From: Mycobacteriales bacterium
GTDB lineage: Bacteria > Actinomycetota > Actinomycetes > Mycobacteriales > SCTD01
Length of the DNA stretch: 64,000 nucleotides
Assembly: GCA_030697205.1 (NCBI GenBank)
Contig: JAUYQP010000059.1
Coordinates: 13,127-77,126, forward strand
Direction: 5' to 3'
A program made the position numbers and the translations under genes. Shown here one piece after another: positions 59,201 through 64,000 of the stretch. The notes beneath the pieces were generated by a model that did no database searches, was not told the DNA's origin, and saw nothing but the letters and a program-made list of their open reading frames with translations. Each line of letters begins with the position of its first letter. Within the stretch, counting starts at the first letter, position 1.

Positions 59201-59498
59201 GTCGCTGCCCATCGTCGGCGTCAACACCTTCCTCGCGCCGCAGCGCGATGAGGCGCCCGCGACGGTCGAGCTCGCCCGCGCGACGGAGTCGGAGAAGGAG
59301 TCGCAGCTGGTCCGCCTCGCCGACTTCCAGCGCCGCCACGCCGCGGAGGCCCCGGCCGCCCTGGCCGCGTTGCAGCAGGCTGCCACCACCGGTGACAACG
59401 TCTTCGCGGCACTCATGGAGGCCGTGCGGCACTGCTCGCTCGGCCAGGTCAGCGAGGCCTTCTTCGAGGTAGGCGGGCAGTACCGCCGCAATGTCTAG
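56292..59498 (+). CDS. icmF: fused isobutyryl-CoA mutase (B12-binding + MeaB-like GTPase + mutase domains)
   Basis: The B12 domain has FDGHDAAINIM, the G-protein P-loop is GTGGSGKSS, and the mutase barrel has FPYTAGVFPFKR and TINGPAP. Length is about 1068 aa. Confidence 0.95.
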   Translation: MATVDLHVPAHPVRFVTAASLFDGHDAAINIMRRVLQSQGAEVVHLGHDRSVEAVVTAALQEDVQGVAVSSYQGGHVEYFSYLKERLAEAGAGHVQVFGGGGGVIVPEEIALLRSRGVTIFAPEDGQRLGLAGMINTLVRDCDVDLAGTPPTLDAVLSGDVAALARAITVVEQGRSPELAAALRERAGATPVLGITGTGGSGKSSLTDELLRRFRLDQEDKLRIAVLAIDPTRRKGGGALLGDRIRMNSLTGASVFFRSLATRTSGSPVPEHLADVIATCRAAGFDLVVVETPGVGQGDATITDFCDASLYVMTPEYGAASQLEKIDMLDHADVVAINKYERRGAEDARRDVARQMVRNREAFGQSWEDMPVFGTSAARFHDDGVTALYHHVRDLLVDKGLEAGAGVLPRVATKTSTGLTSVLPAARERYLAEISAVVRGYHAETMRQAALARRRQHLTTARDLVTDPTELNGLLAATTVATDAQALLDSWPATLEEHRGDELVYTVRGQEIRTALTRTTLSGNKVRRVSLPTTTDDAELLSFLRRENLPGHFPYTAGVFPFKREGEAPARMFAGEGDAFRTNRRFQVLSKGQPATRLSTAFDSVTLYGRDPELRPDVYGKVGTSGVSIATLDDMKELYAGFDLCSPTTSVSMTINGPAPTILAMFLNTAIDQRLDRFRDEEGREPDSAELDELRAWVLQNVRGTVQADILKEDQGQNTCIFSTEFALRCMADIAEWFVAHEVRNFYSVSISGYHIAEAGANPISQLAFTLANGFTYVEAYLERGMSIDDFAPNLSFFFSNGMDAEYTVIGRVARRIWAVAMKERYGASERSQKLKYHVQTSGRSLHAQEMAFNDIRTTLQALCALYDNANSLHTNAYDEAVTTPTEESVRRALAIQMVIDKEWGLSANENPLQGSFVVDELTDLVEEAVLAEFDRIAERGGVLGAMETGYQRGRIQDESMLYEHKKHDGSLPIVGVNTFLAPQRDEAPATVELARATESEKESQLVRLADFQRRHAAEAPAALAALQQAATTGDNVFAALMEAVRHCSLGQVSEAFFEVGGQYRRNV

Positions 59499-59510
59499 TC
59501 CGGTCCAGTC

Positions 59511-59993
59511 GTGGACCTGATCGCCGAGGCCCGCCGCCAGTGGGTGGCGCAGGGCTGGGCCGACGCCGCCGACGGCATGGCTGCCGTCACGTCGGTCATG
59601 CGCGCGCAACAGCTGCTGCAGGCCCGCGTCGACGAGGTGCTGCGGCCGCTCGGGCTGACCTTCGCCCGCTACGAACTGCTCACGCTGCTGTCTTTCAGCG
59701 GCCGCGGCTCGATGCCGCTGAAGAAGGCCAGCGAGCGGCTGCAGGTCCATCCCACGTCGGTCACCAACGCGGTCGACCGCCTCGAGGCCGCCGGCCTCGT
59801 CGAGCGGCTGCCGCACCCCACCGACGGGCGCGCGACCCTGGTCTCGCTCACCGACGAGGGCCGTCGTACGGCCCTGAAGGCCACCGAGGCCCTCAACGCC
59901 GAGGTCTTCGCCCGCCCCGGCCTGTCCCCCGACCGCACCCGTGAGCTGGTCGACGTCCTCACCGACCTCCGCCGCGACGCCGGCGACCTCTGA
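59511..59993 (+). CDS. MarR-family transcriptional regulator
   Basis: LTFARYELLTLLSFSGRGSMPLKKASERLQVHPTSVTNAVDRLEAAGLVER is present. Confidence 0.88.
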   Translation: MDLIAEARRQWVAQGWADAADGMAAVTSVMRAQQLLQARVDEVLRPLGLTFARYELLTLLSFSGRGSMPLKKASERLQVHPTSVTNAVDRLEAAGLVERLPHPTDGRATLVSLTDEGRRTALKATEALNAEVFARPGLSPDRTRELVDVLTDLRRDAGDL

Positions 59994-60006
59994 CCCGCCC
60001 GACGTC

Positions 60007-60378
60007 TCAGAACGGCAGCGCGCCGCCGGCGAAGGTGGGGATCCCCCAGCCCTCGGTCACCAGCCCGCGCTCGACCCGGAAGACCATCAACCCGGAGGCC
60101 TTTCCCGGGGCCGGGCCTCCCCGGGTGACCAGGTGCGCCACGACGACCTCGTCGTCGTACGCCGTCATCCGGAACCCGTCGACGGCGTAGTCGGGGTAGT
60201 GGTGGAACCACTCGGCGAGCAAGGCCAGGTAGTCGTCGGGGCCGCGGTCCCCCGCTCCGGCGTGGCTGCCGGTGACGTGGTAGACCGCGCCGTCGGCCCA
60301 CAGCCCGCGCGCGCCCTCCAGGTCGCGTGCCGCGAGCCGGGCGAAGAGGTCGCCGACGACCTGGGACGCCTCACCCAC
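60007..60378 (-). CDS. nuclear transport factor 2 / SnoaL-like protein
   Basis: GTG 60378 lies 2 nt after the upstream stop. Sequence VGEASQVVGDLFARLAARDLEGARGLWADGAVYHVTG... is present. Confidence 0.7.
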   Translation of the reverse strand: MGEASQVVGDLFARLAARDLEGARGLWADGAVYHVTGSHAGAGDRGPDDYLALLAEWFHHYPDYAVDGFRMTAYDDEVVVAHLVTRGGPAPGKASGLMVFRVERGLVTEGWGIPTFAGGALPF

Positions 60379-60380
60379 GG

Positions 60381-60887
60381 CTACGACGCCGTGATGGAGG
60401 GGGCGGTGGTGCCGCCGAGGTCCATCGGGGCCATGCCGAGCTTGCGGTGGTCCCAGGTGCGGGTCCGGTCGACGTCGAGGCGCACGGCCACGCGCTTGGC
60501 GAGCATCACCTCGACGAAGGGCCGCATCTCCTCGGTGTAGGGGCCGGTGTAGCGCTCCCACACCGAGACGCCGACGGCCCACAGCGCGTCGGGGTCGTCG
60601 ACGACGACGGCCCGGCCCTCGAGCGCGACGCCGCGCAGCGCGTCGTAGGTGTGGCCGGCCTCGACCATCACCGTGCAGCGCGGGTCGCGACGCAGGTTGG
60701 CGGCCTTCTGCGACTTGGCCTTGGTCTCGAACCACAGCTGGCCGTCGATCACGGCGTACCACATGGCGACGAGGTGGGGCAGCCCCTCGGGACCGACGGT
60801 GGCCAGCGTCGCGACGCGCTGCTCCTCCAGGAACCCCGCGACCTCGGCGTCGTCCATCGTGATGGCGGCGCGCTGGTTGACGCCCAT
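60381..60887 (-). CDS. PPOX-class (pyridoxamine 5'-phosphate oxidase-like) probable F420-dependent enzyme
   Basis: FLEEQRVATLATVGPEGLPHLVAMWY...WFETKAKSQKAANLRRDPR is present. The ATG shares 1 nt with the upstream stop. Confidence 0.85.
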   Translation of the reverse strand: MGVNQRAAITMDDAEVAGFLEEQRVATLATVGPEGLPHLVAMWYAVIDGQLWFETKAKSQKAANLRRDPRCTVMVEAGHTYDALRGVALEGRAVVVDDPDALWAVGVSVWERYTGPYTEEMRPFVEVMLAKRVAVRLDVDRTRTWDHRKLGMAPMDLGGTTAPSITAS

Positions 60888-61327
60888 CAGGAGGTCACCG
60901 GGTCGAGGACGAACAGCGGGATGACCCGCTCGGTCGAGGCCTGGTACGTGTCGTAGTCGGGCCAGGCCTCGACGGCCCGCACCCACCAGGTCGCCTTCTC
61001 CTCACCGGTCGCCTCGCGGGCGACGTAGTCGCGCTTGACCGCCTCGTCCTGGAGCTCGACGAGCGGGTGGGCGACGACGTTGTGGTACCAGACCGGGTGC
61101 TGCGGGGCGCCGCCGAGCGAGGCGACGACGGCGTAGCTGCCCTCGTGCTCGACCCGCATGAGTGGCGTCTTGCGGACCTTCCCGCTCTTCGCACCGAGCG
61201 TGGTCAGGACGATGCAGATCCCGCCCCTCCACTCGCGCCCCTCGACGCCGCCGGTCTCCTCGTAGAGGCGGACCTGCTCGGCGACGGGCTCCCAGGCGGA
61301 CGGCTCGTACTCACCCTCGATCGGCAT
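60887..61327 (-). CDS. deazaflavin (F420)-dependent nitroreductase family (Ddn-like)
   Basis: [21 protein letters not shown]...[17 protein letters not shown] is typical of the family. Confidence 0.85.
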   Translation of the reverse strand: MPIEGEYEPSAWEPVAEQVRLYEETGGVEGREWRGGICIVLTTLGAKSGKVRKTPLMRVEHEGSYAVVASLGGAPQHPVWYHNVVAHPLVELQDEAVKRDYVAREATGEEKATWWVRAVEAWPDYDTYQASTERVIPLFVLDPVTS

Positions 61328-61346
61328 GTGCCGACCGTAACGTGTT

Positions 61347-62189
61347 CTACCCGCGCAGCTCCAGGGTGCAGCACTTCGCGCCGCCGCCGGCCTTGAGCAG
61401 CTCCGACAGATCGACCCCGACGGGCACGAAGCCGCGGTCGGCCAGCTGCGCGGCGAGCCGGGTCGCGACCGTCGGCAGCACGACGTGGCGACCGTCGGAC
61501 ACGGCGTTGAGACCGAGCACCGCGGCGTCCTCGGCGCTCGCGAGGATCGCGTCCGGGAAGAGCCGCCGCAGCACCGAGAGGCTGCCCGCGCTGAAGGCAC
61601 CGGGGTAGTAGGCGACGGTGGTGTCGTCGAGCACCGCGAGGGCCGTGTCGAGGTGGTAGTAGCGCGGGTCGACCAGCTGAAGCGACACGACCGGCACCCC
61701 GAAGTGCTCCTGCACCTCGGCGTGCGCACCCGGGTGGGTGCGAAAGCCCGTGCCGGCGAGGACGAGCTCGCCGACGACGAGGAAGTCGCCCTCGCCCTCG
61801 TTGACGTGGACCGGCTCGACGGCCGCGTCGAGCCCGGCGGCAGCGAGCCAGGAGAGGTACGCCGGACCCTCGGCCGCGCGCTCGGGGAAGGTGAAGCGGG
61901 CGCCCAGGGCCCGACCCTCGACGACGAGGCCGCCGTTGGCCGCGAAGACCATGTCCGGCAGCCCAGGCACCGGCGCGATCGTCTCGACGTCGTGGCCGAT
62001 CCCGAGGTAGGTGCGGCGCAGCGCGTCCCACTGCGACAGCGCGAGCGCCCGGTCGACGGTGGCCGTCGGGTCCATCCACGGGTTGATCGCGTAGCTGACC
62101 TCGAAGTGCTCGGGGGCGCACATCAGGTAGCGGCGCGGGCGCGCAATGCGGGTGGTGTCGGCGGCGGGGCGGGTGTCCAGCAGGGTCAT
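61347..62189 (-). CDS. dimethylarginine dimethylaminohydrolase / amidinotransferase-family protein
   Basis: [28 protein letters not shown] and the C-terminal catalytic Cys context [12 protein letters not shown] are present. Confidence 0.85.
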   Translation of the reverse strand: MTLLDTRPAADTTRIARPRRYLMCAPEHFEVSYAINPWMDPTATVDRALALSQWDALRRTYLGIGHDVETIAPVPGLPDMVFAANGGLVVEGRALGARFTFPERAAEGPAYLSWLAAAGLDAAVEPVHVNEGEGDFLVVGELVLAGTGFRTHPGAHAEVQEHFGVPVVSLQLVDPRYYHLDTALAVLDDTTVAYYPGAFSAGSLSVLRRLFPDAILASAEDAAVLGLNAVSDGRHVVLPTVATRLAAQLADRGFVPVGVDLSELLKAGGGAKCCTLELRG

Positions 62190-62299
62190 GTGATGACCGT
62201 AGGAGAGGCAGTCTACGCAAGCAATCGCTGTCCGTTGCGCATCAGATGTGGTTCTGTTGCGTCTCTCAGCCACATTCGACGATCTGTTGCGGAGGCAGC

Positions 62300-62737
62300 G
62301 TGGACGCGCTCGACGCCCAGGTGATCAGCTGCCTGCTCCGGGACGGCCGGGCGACCTTCGCCGAGATCGGCGCGGAGGTCGGCCTGTCCGCGCCCGCCGT
62401 CAAGCGCCGGGTCGACAAGCTGCTCGCGTCCGGCGCGCTGCGCGGCTTCACCGCCGTCGTCGACCCCGCGGCCCTGGGCTGGTCGACCGAGGCCTACGTC
62501 CACGTCTACTGCAAGGGCACCGTCGCACCGCCCGACCTGCGCCGGGCACTCGAGAAGGTCCCCGAGGTCGTCGGGGCCTGCACGGTCTCCGGCAAGGCCG
62601 ACGCCCTGGTCCACATGCTGGCCGCTGACATGCAGCAGCTCGAGCGAGCGATCGAACGGGTCCGCGCCGAACCCAACGTCGACCACACCGAGAGCACCAT
62701 CGTGCTCTCTCGGCTCATCGACCGGCCGCGCAGCTGA
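62300..62737 (+). CDS. Lrp/AsnC-family transcriptional regulator
   Basis: LDAQVISCLLRDGRATFAEIGAEVGLSAPAVKRRVDKL is present. GTG 62300 follows GGAGG. The gene is divergent from the DDAH gene. Confidence 0.88.
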   Translation: MDALDAQVISCLLRDGRATFAEIGAEVGLSAPAVKRRVDKLLASGALRGFTAVVDPAALGWSTEAYVHVYCKGTVAPPDLRRALEKVPEVVGACTVSGKADALVHMLAADMQQLERAIERVRAEPNVDHTESTIVLSRLIDRPRS

Positions 62738-62970
62738 TGCTCCCCGCGACCAGCGGTGCCACGGCACCTGCCACGACGTAGGACGCGAGACCCCCTCGCG
62801 GGCACGCAGGACCCTCCCGGAGACGTTGCCCTGAGAAGGCGCGTCCGCGAGGCCTCACCCGCCCTTCACACCGCGTCGCGGAGGCTCACAACAGGCACGC
62901 AGCAGCAGGCAAGGCGGCGCACAGACCCGAGCGCGACGGTCTGGGCACCACCCGACGAGAGGCAGGGCCC

Positions 62971-63924
62971 GTGACCGAGATCGACACCGGCATCACCCTG
63001 GCCCACCCGGGCCGGCTGTGGGTGCTCGTCGTCGTGGCAGCCCTCGCGGGTGTGCTCGTGGTGCGCGGCCTGCGACGCGGCAGGGAGCCCTTCGCCGACG
63101 CGGCGCTGCTCCCCAGCGTCGCCCCCCGGCGAGCGGGTCGGCTGCGGCTGCTCGTCCCCGCCGCGCTGCTGCTCGCGACGACCTCGCTGTCCGTGGCCTG
63201 GGCGCAGCCGCAGCGGGATGCCACCGAGGAGCGCGAGCGGGCGACGATCGTGATCGCTCTCGACACGTCGTCCTCCATGCTCGCGACCGACGTCAGCCCC
63301 GACCGCTTCAGCGTCGCGACGGCCGCAGCCAAGGAGTTCATCGAGGCGCTGCCCGAGGACATCGAGGTCGGCTTGGTCATCTTCAACAAGGGCACCCGGC
63401 TCGTCGCCGCTCCCACGGACGACCACGCCTCCGTCGCCGCCGAGCTCGACGACCTCAACCTCTTCGGTGGCACAGCCCTCGGCGACGCGATCCTCACCTC
63501 GCTCGCCGCGATGTCCCGCACGGGCAACGAGGACGCCAACGCCGCCCGCATCGTGCTGATCGCCGACGGGGGCTCGACCGAGGGCTCACCGGTCGAGATC
63601 GGCATCCAGGCCGCGGTGGACGCCGGCGTCCCTGTGACGACGATCGCCTACGGCACCGCCGACGGCGTCGTGGAGTCACAGGGCCGTCAGGTGGCCGTGC
63701 CCGTCGACCCCGTCGTGCTCCAGCAGATCGCCGACGCCACCGGCGGCAAGGCCTACCAGGCCGCCACCGGCGACCAGCTCACCGAGGTCTACGCCGACAT
63801 CGGCACCGACGTCGTCCAGGAGCGCGTCACAGAGGACCTCGCCTCCCGCTTCGCCGGCGTCGCCGGACTCCTGCTCGTGCTCACCGCCGTGCCCTCCCTG
63901 CTCTTCAGCAGCCGACTCCTGTGA
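62971..63924 (+). CDS. VWA domain-containing membrane protein (BatA-like)
   Basis: An N-terminal TM segment is followed by the MIDAS motif IALDTSSSM and GGTALGDAI, with a C-terminal TM segment. Confidence 0.85.
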   Translation: MTEIDTGITLAHPGRLWVLVVVAALAGVLVVRGLRRGREPFADAALLPSVAPRRAGRLRLLVPAALLLATTSLSVAWAQPQRDATEERERATIVIALDTSSSMLATDVSPDRFSVATAAAKEFIEALPEDIEVGLVIFNKGTRLVAAPTDDHASVAAELDDLNLFGGTALGDAILTSLAAMSRTGNEDANAARIVLIADGGSTEGSPVEIGIQAAVDAGVPVTTIAYGTADGVVESQGRQVAVPVDPVVLQQIADATGGKAYQAATGDQLTEVYADIGTDVVQERVTEDLASRFAGVAGLLLVLTAVPSLLFSSRLL

Positions 63925-63936
63925 AGGACCTCCCCA

Positions 63937-64000
63937 TGACCACGTCCCGCTCCTCCCGCCGAGCCCCGCAGGACCAGCTCGAGCAGGCCCTGATGGAGGT
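63937..64000 (+). CDS. start of an unidentified ORF running off the window
   Basis: ATG 63937 gives MTTSRSSRRAPQDQLEQALMEV. Only 21 codons are visible. Confidence 0.3.

Overview
High-GC (about 70-73%) actinobacterial chromosomal DNA. Mycothiol-, F420-, KshAB- and FasR/MabR-type genes point to a Nocardioides-like or related actinomycete; this is inference only. The window is densely coding: about 75 protein genes and one tRNA-Lys(CTT). I recognised no rRNA, CRISPR array, transposase, integrase or phage gene. Many adjacent genes overlap by 4 nt (ATGA/GTGA), so they are probably translationally coupled. Most long ORFs in the six-frame track are Arg/Pro/Ala-rich shadow frames of the real genes. 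Content runs from left to right as follows: NpdG fragment; crotonase and thiolase; a hut cluster (hutH-hutU, then hutI-hutG plus a C2H2 microprotein); a mycothiol-type formaldehyde dehydrogenase with an MBL hydrolase; paaZ; ilvE; and a FAS-II operon (fabD-fabH-acpP-fabF, AccD6-like carboxyltransferase, fabG, hydrolase, two membrane proteins) behind a PucR-type FasR/MabR regulator. Next come scoAB; an M20 deacylase; a cyclophilin; and an ACAD/TIGR03084/TetR unit. An accessory block of about 5.7 kb (30.8-36.5 kb) follows, holding a three-gene signalling operon and several gene remnants. After it come a thioesterase-ACAD/methylcrotonyl-CoA carboxylase-like cluster; a GNAT-JmjC-deacetylase trio; small secreted peptides; a MarR-kshA-x-kshB operon; icmF; F420-dependent enzymes; DDAH with an Lrp regulator; and a VWA protein. 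The most interesting signal is the signalling operon. It encodes a membrane protein whose helices 1-2 reproduce the Y-x32-C-x3-H spacing of the plant ethylene receptor Cu(I) site. That domain is fused to a kinase-dead HisKA_3 domain (His to Asn, DxxxQ motif kept, no ATPase domain). The gene is translationally coupled to a REC-histidine kinase and a REC-GGDEF-EAL protein.
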